A stretch of DNA of 64,000 nucleotides, taken from IMG/VR virus record IMGVR_UViG_3300029258_003380, positions 33,967 to 97,966 of that record; one strand, given 5' to 3'. Each line of letters opens with the position of its first letter. The first letter of the stretch is position 1. The position numbers and the translations under genes were made by a program. A model generated the notes under the pieces. That model was not told where the DNA came from, did no database searches, and saw only the letters and a list, made by a program, of their open reading frames with translations. The stretch comes from a virus. Taxonomy: Duplodnaviria > Caudoviricetes. This document shows positions 39,066-48,226 of the stretch, piece after piece.

Positions 39066-42000
39066 GTGGCGCGGCCGATTAACAGATGGGATCCATCGGT
39101 AAATGTTGACATGATCGTCGCCGCGGCGGATGGCCCCCTTGTGATCGATGGAGCGGATGAGAGATGGCCTTTGTTTTGCCAGGAATGGATCCAGCCAGTA
39201 CTGTACAGTTTGTTTGATAAGGTAGGTTTCTCCGAAGAAGTACTGGTAGAGGACGGTGTGGACCCATTGCGTGGGCTCAGGGTTCGTGGATACCAGTACA
39301 TGCCGCCCAATATGGAATTCTTGGTTGCGGATCCCGTGAATGGAGAGCCACAGCCACTGGATGCTGCAGATACTTACAACGGTGAGAACTATCGTTACAT
39401 CAACGGTGGATACCGGATGTCACTGCGCGGCTGGATCGCATCGATGGGCCAGAATGCGCTCAACGTAGACATGCAGGTTCGTTGGGGCGATCCGAGTCAG
39501 CGCAATGTTGCAGATACAAGAGGCGCGTGGACAGGACTTCAGGCAGGTGTTTTTGATGGCCCAAGGTGGTTGACCGATCACTTGATGTACGCATTGCACG
39601 GTAAAAGACTCGGTGACGCATCGTGGGAATACCGTGGTGGACACGTAGACGACCCAGCGGGTGTGTTTACGCCGAATGAGACAGTGATATCCCCATGGGA
39701 CGGCGTAGATTCTGGTCGTGTTCGACTTTTAATATCCGGTGGTGCACCAGCGTGGACAGTAACCACACAAGCCTGGGATCCCTCCATCCCTGGCTGGGTG
39801 GACATAACGTCATCTGTTGTAAACCTTCAGAATCATGCGTTGCCAGGGTTGGAGGATATGTTGACCTTGGGTGGAGCGTTATTCCACGGTGCAACAAAGA
39901 TTTATCCAGGTGCTTTACCTCCGACACCTCCATACCAGGATACGTACTTTCGGCAAGTGTCGGTGTCTCAGTTTGAACCGTGGGTGTTGGACACAGGCAA
40001 CACAAACCTGCGTGAGGAAATGGCGCGTCTCTTGGAGATGGGTCTGGCACCCACGCCACCGTACATGCAACAGTTCCTTACGCGAACACCCGTGATTGAC
40101 GTGGTTCATTACACAAGTGGATCCTCTTATCTTTCGCCGGAAAAATTACGAGACTACGATGATGACGGCGGATGGGGTGTGCTATTTAACGAGGGCACCG
40201 CTCTTGGCATGTCGTCGGTGGAAGAACGTAAAATAATAGCGTTCACCCCCACTCTTGGAAAACACATGCCGATATGCCTGAGTGATGACATGGCATTTGG
40301 CGCTCAACTTCCGTTCAGTTACGTCGGACGCTACAAGTTCAAGGATATGGCATCGTGGGGTAGCGAGAGATGTATCGCCACGTTCGGCCCTATCGGGCAT
40401 CACTTAGGTCCACCATCCGCACCAAATGGCGGGATCGGAATTACATGGCGTGACTCCAATGGTGGTGAGCTTGTGCTCAAGTACTGGGATGGCGTAGCTC
40501 CAGCATTCTTGGAACTTACAGCGCCACTTCGTATGGATGAATATGACGAACGGGTTGTCGATGTTGCATTTAGTTGGACCGGTGATTTCGGATCGATGAT
40601 CAACAGGGACAATCGTGAATTGCGGATTGTCGTTGATGGTGTCACAAAGACAAGTGTTGTCTTCGATCCATTGCTTATAACAGCGACATGGTTGAGCACT
40701 ATCGGATCAGGCAATCCGATCACAGCGAGAAAAAGTTTTGTCGGTCACTGGTTTGGTGGCGCAACTTTCTATGAGCCTGCGAACGACACGGATATTCGCC
40801 ACGCATTCGATCCTGATGGAGAGGGTGGGTTCAACAACCCGTCATTCGAGACGGCCGCAGACTCTGGGCGTCCAGGTGAGGCTCAGGGATGGGAATGGCA
40901 ATCGTTCCAGGACATTGGCGGCTGGGCAGATTTCTCCGCGTATCGTGACGACCTTGCACAGTACCGATACGGCCGTGAGGGTTTCGAAGGAGGCTGGTTG
41001 CGTGCGTATTCCTGGGAATACCCTGATGAGGCTACCAGGTTGTTGGCAACAGGATTCACCGCGGACGACGTTGGGAAGGCGGCGTGGCAAACAGATGTCA
41101 ACCGCAACTACATTCTGACAAATCATTCGCCTATTACTTGGGTGGAGTCCACCGTTGGAGAGAACCAGGGTGCTACCGAGGATCTCCCAGCGGCGTTGCT
41201 CGCCGCGGCACTGTTCAATCCAGGTGTTGGGAACTACGATACGACACAGGAAATCTTTGCGCTGTGGGGGTTTCCACCTGGTGACGCTCCCACATATACC
41301 GGGCTGCCATGGATGGACGCTTACAATCTGATACCACCTTGTCAGGACACATTGGGACCATACACCGGGCCAACAGGCTTCGACGGTTGGTATGACCATG
41401 TATTTGGTACGAACCTAGACCCGTTATGCACAGAGAGTTTCGAGGAAGCGTGGGGCAATGATCCGCTGTCGACATCGGGTGGACAGCGGTGGTGTCCGGA
41501 TACTGCCCCGAACGGTGTGCTCAATGGTGCAGCGATCACATTCCCATTGAACATCCCGCCCAATGAGAATCAACTGGTAGTGATAACTGACATCAATGGA
41601 CCAGTCGTCTTTTCGCTTCCGTCCAACGACTATGCAGATATGGCCACACTGGTTTCAGATCTCAACGCCCAAGTTGCGCTGCATCTATCCGGCCTGGGGC
41701 TGGAGTTTGGAACGTGGGCTGATGGTGTAGAAGAGGGCCTTACTTTCGGATGGGACCATGTAACAAACGTTGCGATATGGTTTGGATTTGCTTCGCTCGA
41801 GTCGGACATGTTTCGTGATGCTCGAGTAGCATTAGGGCTCCGCACCTTTAGTCCTGGTGGCCATGCCACGGGAGTTGGAATACCTGCGTGGATATACTCA
41901 ACGTTGCCGGCAGGTATTGTTTCCACAGATAGAATTTTGTTGGACTCTTGGAGCGCCAACTCTTTCGCGTTGTACACTGACCCAGTGATTGGCCAGTGGA

Positions 42001-42218
42001 TCGCAGAAAACGATATGATCGCAGCCATTTTTGACACAGGTATCTCCGCTCCAACTATACTGGAACGGTACACGTTGCACGGATGGGTATCTCCATTGGC
42101 AACATGGATACCGGATTTGTCAGCGGTGGCTCTGACACAAGCAATGTTTGATGGCGGCACAGAACCGCTGGAACAGTTCGAGGCTACAGAATGGCCAGAC
42201 GAGCCGTTCCCTACGTAG
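39066..42218 (+). CDS. Large acidic baseplate/tail protein with lectin-like (LamG/CBM-like) segments
   Basis: 1050 aa, Trp/Gly/Asp-rich; LRIVVDG and NPSFE motifs; GGAGG RBS. Confidence 0.7.
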   Translation: MARPINRWDPSVNVDMIVAAADGPLVIDGADERWPLFCQEWIQPVLYSLFDKVGFSEEVLVEDGVDPLRGLRVRGYQYMPPNMEFLVADPVNGEPQPLDAADTYNGENYRYINGGYRMSLRGWIASMGQNALNVDMQVRWGDPSQRNVADTRGAWTGLQAGVFDGPRWLTDHLMYALHGKRLGDASWEYRGGHVDDPAGVFTPNETVISPWDGVDSGRVRLLISGGAPAWTVTTQAWDPSIPGWVDITSSVVNLQNHALPGLEDMLTLGGALFHGATKIYPGALPPTPPYQDTYFRQVSVSQFEPWVLDTGNTNLREEMARLLEMGLAPTPPYMQQFLTRTPVIDVVHYTSGSSYLSPEKLRDYDDDGGWGVLFNEGTALGMSSVEERKIIAFTPTLGKHMPICLSDDMAFGAQLPFSYVGRYKFKDMASWGSERCIATFGPIGHHLGPPSAPNGGIGITWRDSNGGELVLKYWDGVAPAFLELTAPLRMDEYDERVVDVAFSWTGDFGSMINRDNRELRIVVDGVTKTSVVFDPLLITATWLSTIGSGNPITARKSFVGHWFGGATFYEPANDTDIRHAFDPDGEGGFNNPSFETAADSGRPGEAQGWEWQSFQDIGGWADFSAYRDDLAQYRYGREGFEGGWLRAYSWEYPDEATRLLATGFTADDVGKAAWQTDVNRNYILTNHSPITWVESTVGENQGATEDLPAALLAAALFNPGVGNYDTTQEIFALWGFPPGDAPTYTGLPWMDAYNLIPPCQDTLGPYTGPTGFDGWYDHVFGTNLDPLCTESFEEAWGNDPLSTSGGQRWCPDTAPNGVLNGAAITFPLNIPPNENQLVVITDINGPVVFSLPSNDYADMATLVSDLNAQVALHLSGLGLEFGTWADGVEEGLTFGWDHVTNVAIWFGFASLESDMFRDARVALGLRTFSPGGHATGVGIPAWIYSTLPAGIVSTDRILLDSWSANSFALYTDPVIGQWIAENDMIAAIFDTGISAPTILERYTLHGWVSPLATWIPDLSAVALTQAMFDGGTEPLEQFEATEWPDEPFPT

Positions 42219-42227
42219 GAGGACCAC

Positions 42228-42977
42228 ATGGGTCAACTTGATTGGAAAGACATCGGTGGCGCACTTAGTGTTGCGACTCTGGCACGTGGCGTGACTAACG
42301 GAATCGACAGGCCTCCGTCGTCGATAGCCAATGATTTTGTTTACGGGTACAATTCACTTGATGCGACAGTGACAGGGGCAGCCGGGAAGTATGTAGATCT
42401 CGCTGGGTTTACGCCTACAGGGTCGTTGCTGTCAGATCCCGATGGTGGGGGATCGATCCGAGGCTGTGTCAAGCGTGTAAGTTCACCCAACAATACGGGC
42501 ATGAGTCCTATGTTGTTTTTCTGTGGGCAGGGCGCGCCCGTATCGGTCAACGACTACGCGTACATTTTGGGCCTTTCGGACGCAGATCCGTATGAGATAG
42601 TCTTGGCGAAAGCTCAGCTCGTAAGTGGTCTTGTAGCCGATGATTCAAACGTAACCATACTGGGACGCTCATCCAGTCAATATGCGATGGGAGACGGGTT
42701 GTGGCACCATTTACGCTTGGATTCAATCGTACAACCAAACGGCGATGTATTGCTCAAGGTCTTTGAGAACGACCTGACCTTGCATCCAGTAGGAGATGCC
42801 CCGGACTGGCAGGCCATTCCTGGCATCCCTGCGAACGGTATAGTTGATGATGCACTTCAGATTCTGACGGGAACTCCGCCTCTTTGGGGTGGGTACGTTG
42901 GGTATGCATTCCAGGTGTCGGAATCTCTGAACAGGCGCGGTGCTTTTGACGCCATCGAGGCATATCGAGTTACCTAA
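42228..42977 (+). CDS. Beta-sandwich virion protein
   Basis: WHHLRLD motif; strong RBS; tail cluster. Confidence 0.7.
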   Translation: MGQLDWKDIGGALSVATLARGVTNGIDRPPSSIANDFVYGYNSLDATVTGAAGKYVDLAGFTPTGSLLSDPDGGGSIRGCVKRVSSPNNTGMSPMLFFCGQGAPVSVNDYAYILGLSDADPYEIVLAKAQLVSGLVADDSNVTILGRSSSQYAMGDGLWHHLRLDSIVQPNGDVLLKVFENDLTLHPVGDAPDWQAIPGIPANGIVDDALQILTGTPPLWGGYVGYAFQVSESLNRRGAFDAIEAYRVT

Positions 42978-44137
42978 TGATCACGTGGTTTGACAGATTG
43001 CGCGGTAGTGCCCAGGGCCGATGCGAGCCCGTTGGTTTCACTGCGCCAGATGGACAACACGTATTTGTGCTTGGTGGGGATAATGCTCTCGAAAGTGCAG
43101 TACTCCAGGGCGGCGATGCTTCCGTTCCAATATCTGGCGACTACACCGAGATTACCCAGGTCGTCGATCTAGCCGACTGGGATCTGGTTGCCGCGACGAT
43201 GGATACCATCGGTGTGCTCATGGGGCAGGCTCAACCGGCGCCAGGTTTTCCAAGTGACTATCCTGCACTGTGGCATTTCAACTATGACATCGGACTTCCA
43301 ACTGCACGCAATCTCGTATCCGGCGGCTTCGGCATGACGGATGTTGGGAATATTGAGGTTGCCAACGAATCCTATTCGCCGGTGTTGACGCGATGCCGAA
43401 AGGTTCCCGTATTAAGTTCATCGGCCCAACTGGTCGGAGCCAATACACCACAATGGTTCCCCGCGGCTCCGCTCGACAACTACACATTCCAGATGTGGGT
43501 GGATTTCGACGGCGTTGCTCATCCTACATCGTGGGGAGTTAGTCCGAATCTTTTCAGTTGTGTCGATGGCGCACCAAACGGTTTCGCTGCATCACTACAA
43601 GGAGCGTTCGGTCCAGGTGCTCACTCATGGATGTTGCAGATTGCACATCATTACGGTGCAACAACGGGGTCTATATTTCCTGGATTTACGTGGGACACTC
43701 CGAATCCTGAGTGGACATTGCTAACTGTCACATGGGACCGATTTGCGGCACCGTGGGATCGCTTGCTGCTGTACATCAATGGCAGTGTGGTACCGGTCTT
43801 GCCGTTTGCAATAGCAGTCAACTCCCCAATAGCTGCAGCGCCGGCCACGCCGATATATTGCGCTGACCCTAATCTGTGGGGAATGCTGGATGAGATGCGC
43901 ATGTTGGACGTCACTCTGACGCCGGCGGAGATTGCTGCCAGTTACGTCGCGTGCACATCCATGCCGACTCCAATCGACTATGCTTGGCGAATGCAAATAA
44001 TTATCAATGCGGAGGTGTACGCCGAACGTGTTATTGCACCCGATGAGCAGCGTAGATGGACAGATTTCAAAGCACCGGTACGAAATCTTAGTGGGCCTGC
44101 GGAAGTAAAATTCCGTCTCATTCTCGAGGAGGTTTGA
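42977..44137 (+). CDS. LamG/ConA-like domain virion protein
   Basis: YTFQMWV, WTLLTVTWD, LLYING, GMLDEMRM. Confidence 0.8.
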   Translation: MITWFDRLRGSAQGRCEPVGFTAPDGQHVFVLGGDNALESAVLQGGDASVPISGDYTEITQVVDLADWDLVAATMDTIGVLMGQAQPAPGFPSDYPALWHFNYDIGLPTARNLVSGGFGMTDVGNIEVANESYSPVLTRCRKVPVLSSSAQLVGANTPQWFPAAPLDNYTFQMWVDFDGVAHPTSWGVSPNLFSCVDGAPNGFAASLQGAFGPGAHSWMLQIAHHYGATTGSIFPGFTWDTPNPEWTLLTVTWDRFAAPWDRLLLYINGSVVPVLPFAIAVNSPIAAAPATPIYCADPNLWGMLDEMRMLDVTLTPAEIAASYVACTSMPTPIDYAWRMQIIINAEVYAERVIAPDEQRRWTDFKAPVRNLSGPAEVKFRLILEEV

Positions 44138-44138
44138 T

Positions 44139-45908
44139 ATGACAACGATGCCAAAGACAGGATTACGGACGCCGACAGATGGTGTCGATCCGTTTACAGC
44201 AATATTTGACAATGAGTTTGCGACCGACGTGGACGATTGGATCGATGCAAATGCGGCAGACCTAAATGCCAGTATTCGTGTCTCTGCGTACGGGGATTTA
44301 CCTAGGTATGACTCAGGATCTGGCAATGTCATATGGGGGAACTTTCGGATCCTTTCGCCGAGGTATACACTCGATCAGCAGGTGGCTTCTGGTTCTGCCG
44401 CGATAAGCAATGGACAGTGTCTCTACATCAACGCCCCGGCCCGCCCGTTTAATGGGGCAGTTGTTGTGCCAGTCGTTGCCGCGATGCCAATAACACCACG
44501 TGATAGAATCGTAGTCGGTATTCTTGTCGATGGTCAATTCTACCTGATGCCAAAGATATCCGACACAATGAAGGGCGCCCAAGGAGCGGCCATACCCCGC
44601 ACTGTTGTCGTTCAACATGGTGCGAACCCTGCAGCAAACGGAACCAACCTTATTGCCGCATACGCCACAGCAAAAACTATGAGTCCTACCTTGGCTTCCC
44701 GGGTTACAGTTGTTGTTCCACCTGGAGAGTACGACCTTGGCGCGTTGTCTTTGGCTGTCGATACTGACTATATCGATATAAAGGGATATGGTGAGGCCGC
44801 AATCGACCTGACTGATGGCACTCCATTTTACCCAGCGACATATATCCGCAGCAGTTCGGCAGTCGCCGTTTTGCAAATTACTGCGCGAACTTCTGACATA
44901 ACCAGGTTGCGAATAGGAAACACTGGGGCCGGTTCGGCTGTCAATATTGATGAAGTAAACGGTGCCGACGGTTTGAAGATGGAGTGGATCTATGCAACGG
45001 CTCCGACCAGTGGCATCGGTATCGGCGCTACTGGAACAACAAAGGCGATAAACAGTGGTTTCAAAAACTGTCTGTCAGTAGAATCCATTTTGAGGTGTCA
45101 GCAATTTGGTGGAACTGCGATGCAATGTGCCGGTGGTGCATATTCATTCTGTTCGTATCTTGGTGACACTACAAAAGTTGAATGCAACGGAGTGCTCATA
45201 GACTGTTGGACAACCAATTTTTCATATGGATACAACGACTCAGGAGACGCCGAAATATCGGGACGTCTTCTTCGTTGTTATGGGATGCAACATTGTTACG
45301 GAGTGTCACAAGGTGGCAGTCCATACTATGGAACGTTCAGCGCGGATGCCAGAAATTGCACCGCGACAGGTCACTCTTTTGGCGGCGGAGATGTTACATC
45401 TGGACAACATAGATTCACTGGAGAGGCACGTGATTGCTACTCTGGATTAGATTCGTTTGGCGGCAATGCAAATGGTTTGTTCAGTGGTATGGCATTGCGT
45501 TGTGAGGCCAACAATACTTCGTTCGGTTGCGGTGGAATGACAGGAAGTCTTGGCAATTGTGTTATTGTTGGTTTGATTTCCAATATGCTAGTTCCAACAG
45601 GTGGCCAGATTTATGACTCGTTTTTCGCTGCAGGTGGTGCATCTGTTGATGTGGACGGTGGGTATTTGAGAAATTGCATTGTTCAAACGCTGGATCCAAG
45701 CATTCCCGTTTTGATTACCAACTCTGCACCAAATAATCCACGTGTTGAAAAGTGCACAATTCACTCATACGCCGCTGCAAATGCCATTGGAGGCACTGGC
45801 ACAGGGTTGATCATTCACTGTTCTATGAACGTGCCCATACTTGGAACGGTGACAAACCTCGAAGCAACGCCCTATAATGTTGTCAACCCGGCAGTGGCGG
45901 CTGGATAG
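44139..45908 (+). CDS. Tailspike/fibre with beta-helix repeats
   Basis: VVVPPGEY lead-in; Cys/Gly repeats CxxxxxSFGG. Confidence 0.75.
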   Translation: MTTMPKTGLRTPTDGVDPFTAIFDNEFATDVDDWIDANAADLNASIRVSAYGDLPRYDSGSGNVIWGNFRILSPRYTLDQQVASGSAAISNGQCLYINAPARPFNGAVVVPVVAAMPITPRDRIVVGILVDGQFYLMPKISDTMKGAQGAAIPRTVVVQHGANPAANGTNLIAAYATAKTMSPTLASRVTVVVPPGEYDLGALSLAVDTDYIDIKGYGEAAIDLTDGTPFYPATYIRSSSAVAVLQITARTSDITRLRIGNTGAGSAVNIDEVNGADGLKMEWIYATAPTSGIGIGATGTTKAINSGFKNCLSVESILRCQQFGGTAMQCAGGAYSFCSYLGDTTKVECNGVLIDCWTTNFSYGYNDSGDAEISGRLLRCYGMQHCYGVSQGGSPYYGTFSADARNCTATGHSFGGGDVTSGQHRFTGEARDCYSGLDSFGGNANGLFSGMALRCEANNTSFGCGGMTGSLGNCVIVGLISNMLVPTGGQIYDSFFAAGGASVDVDGGYLRNCIVQTLDPSIPVLITNSAPNNPRVEKCTIHSYAAANAIGGTGTGLIIHCSMNVPILGTVTNLEATPYNVVNPAVAAG

Positions 45909-45916
45909 GATAGAAA

Positions 45917-48223
45917 ATGGCACTAACCGTTGAACAACTCATGGCAACACTCGGCATCGACCAGGCCGGTGTGGAGATGTCTTTAACGGGTAGGTATGTC
46001 CTGATCCAGAGGGATCCCCAGCCAAGCGAAACCGGTATCGTTATAGATACCGATATCGAGTTCATGTTAGTAGACCTTGATGGAGATCCCACAGACCCGG
46101 CACTGGCGCCGCCAGACTTTAATGTCAACGTGGATTCTGTACAGATATTGTCTTATAGTGGCGGAGTTGCCACGTGGATACCACCATGGTCTGGCAGTGT
46201 GTCTACTCATGCAGTCACAAGTCCATTCGCATATTGGAAGATTGTCGCGACACAGGTCCCTCTGGTGTTTGATTCGGAACAAGTTGTCGACGTAGAAGTC
46301 AATCTTGTGGGCGGTGGAGGTTGGGGGCACGGTCCATGGGGGCATTTTCCATGGGGCCATGCTCCAGCCGGTCCAGTAGCTGGTTCGTTTCAATACCAAT
46401 TTACAACACAGGATCTAACTCCCCCAACATTGATCGCCGCAGAAGGAATTGATCCACATACGGTACGTGTCACATTCGATGACGACATGGCGGTTACTGG
46501 TGCAGGATCTGTTCTAGATATTCTCAACTGGACAGGCGCGTTCCAGCGGTGGAACGTGGATCCTCTGCCCGGTGTAACCCTAGATGCCGAGTTCGTTGTT
46601 GTTGCAGATGTGCCCACGCTGACAATTCCAATTTCTTGGACGTATGCCGATCAGGTCGAGCGTCTCGCCGCTACGGGGTTTGTATCCGATGACGTTGGTC
46701 AGATTGCATTCCAGCAAAGCGATACAACATACTGGCAACTTATCGACACCGTGCCGACATGGCGCCAAGTAACCCCTGTATCGCAGTGGGACATCACTGT
46801 AAATTGGGAACAAACCCCAGGATGCCCTTACCAGATCACTGCTGGTGCGGCCATCGAGGATGATGCCGGCAACGTGATGGATCCTGTCTACAACACAGTG
46901 CACTTCGACGGTTTCACCCCTGAGCCCGTTGAGGGCCGAGCCTTCTCTCACTGGCGCCACATGGTGCCGTTGAAGAACAGGATTGAAGATGCCACACGCG
47001 ATCTAGAACGGTTCTCCAATTGCATCGAGGAGGTGCTTGGTTGGATGCTGTACTACGTGGACAGGTTTACCGACCAATGGGATCCGGACAAGATGTCAGA
47101 CGAGCAAATCGCCGCTGCGTTGTACGACATGGGCAACCCATTTGCAGAGTGGACAGAACTAGATCTTACGGCCAACCAACAAAGAAAACTGCTGCGGATA
47201 TTGATCGAGATTTACAAGTCCAAGGGCACGGCATGGGGAATTGAACAGACTGTGTTTTTCCTGATTGGTGAAGTGGTAACATGCGTAGAGTACTCGGCTG
47301 GAGGGTGGATACTTGGAGTTCATGCCCTGGGTAGTGGCGCCATAGCTGAGGTGATGAGTCTTGGTTGGGATACATGGGACTTCACCTCCATTCCAGCCCC
47401 TTGGCAGCTTACTATCTCACCAGATAATGATCCGCCAGAGACGATCACGTTTGTTCCTGCCGACTTTTTGGATCCGACGGCGGCGACAGCGCCTGAAGTT
47501 GCCGCTGTGATTGCGGCAAATAGTGTGAGGATAGGTTCTTTCGCAGCGTATCCCGGACAGCCGGCTGCTGTATTGGGCACAAATGCGGAACCATTCGCTG
47601 TGTCCCCGGGCGATTCATTCGATGTCTCATTGAACGGGGCACCGGTTTCTACAGTCACTTTTGCATCTGCGGATATCGCCATACCTGGCGCGGCCACATC
47701 GGCAGAAGTAGCTGCAGTTTTTGCTGCAAACTTCCCAGGAGAGATCATTGGACACGACGATGGCGGCCAAGTACTGGTAGAGACGATCATAGCTGGTGTC
47801 TTGGCTAGTCTACAGTTTGCTCCTGGAGCGGTGCAGGCCGCGATAGGTTGGCCCACTACGTTGGCGGTCGGGACCGATCATGGTCAGTTGGTAGTCCATA
47901 GCAACAAAGCTGGGGTGGAGGCATCGGTCCAAGTCACAGGAGGATCCGCAAATGACCTCTTGGAATTCGATGTGAACGAAATTGGCTCAACCGGTGGTGC
48001 TGTTCTGGCACCATCGAACAGTTATACACTTTACTCGTTCGACATAGAGACTCAGAACGTGCTAACCTCGGAGCAACAGGCAATTGTGAGACGCGTCGCG
48101 GAATATATGAAACCTGCCCATACGCATCTCATAGATATTCGAACCGCGGAACCATTGCCGTGGCCAGATGCCTGGATGCTCGGCATAGACGAGCTTGACA
48201 TATCAACCGAGCTTGGGGAGTAG
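45917..48223 (+). CDS. Baseplate wedge protein (P2 gpI-like) with Ig-like and inserted domains
   Basis: IYKSKGTAWGIE and YMKPAHTH motifs; VRVTFD Ig-like region. Confidence 0.8.
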   Translation: MALTVEQLMATLGIDQAGVEMSLTGRYVLIQRDPQPSETGIVIDTDIEFMLVDLDGDPTDPALAPPDFNVNVDSVQILSYSGGVATWIPPWSGSVSTHAVTSPFAYWKIVATQVPLVFDSEQVVDVEVNLVGGGGWGHGPWGHFPWGHAPAGPVAGSFQYQFTTQDLTPPTLIAAEGIDPHTVRVTFDDDMAVTGAGSVLDILNWTGAFQRWNVDPLPGVTLDAEFVVVADVPTLTIPISWTYADQVERLAATGFVSDDVGQIAFQQSDTTYWQLIDTVPTWRQVTPVSQWDITVNWEQTPGCPYQITAGAAIEDDAGNVMDPVYNTVHFDGFTPEPVEGRAFSHWRHMVPLKNRIEDATRDLERFSNCIEEVLGWMLYYVDRFTDQWDPDKMSDEQIAAALYDMGNPFAEWTELDLTANQQRKLLRILIEIYKSKGTAWGIEQTVFFLIGEVVTCVEYSAGGWILGVHALGSGAIAEVMSLGWDTWDFTSIPAPWQLTISPDNDPPETITFVPADFLDPTAATAPEVAAVIAANSVRIGSFAAYPGQPAAVLGTNAEPFAVSPGDSFDVSLNGAPVSTVTFASADIAIPGAATSAEVAAVFAANFPGEIIGHDDGGQVLVETIIAGVLASLQFAPGAVQAAIGWPTTLAVGTDHGQLVVHSNKAGVEASVQVTGGSANDLLEFDVNEIGSTGGAVLAPSNSYTLYSFDIETQNVLTSEQQAIVRRVAEYMKPAHTHLIDIRTAEPLPWPDAWMLGIDELDISTELGE

Positions 48224-48226
48224 GCG

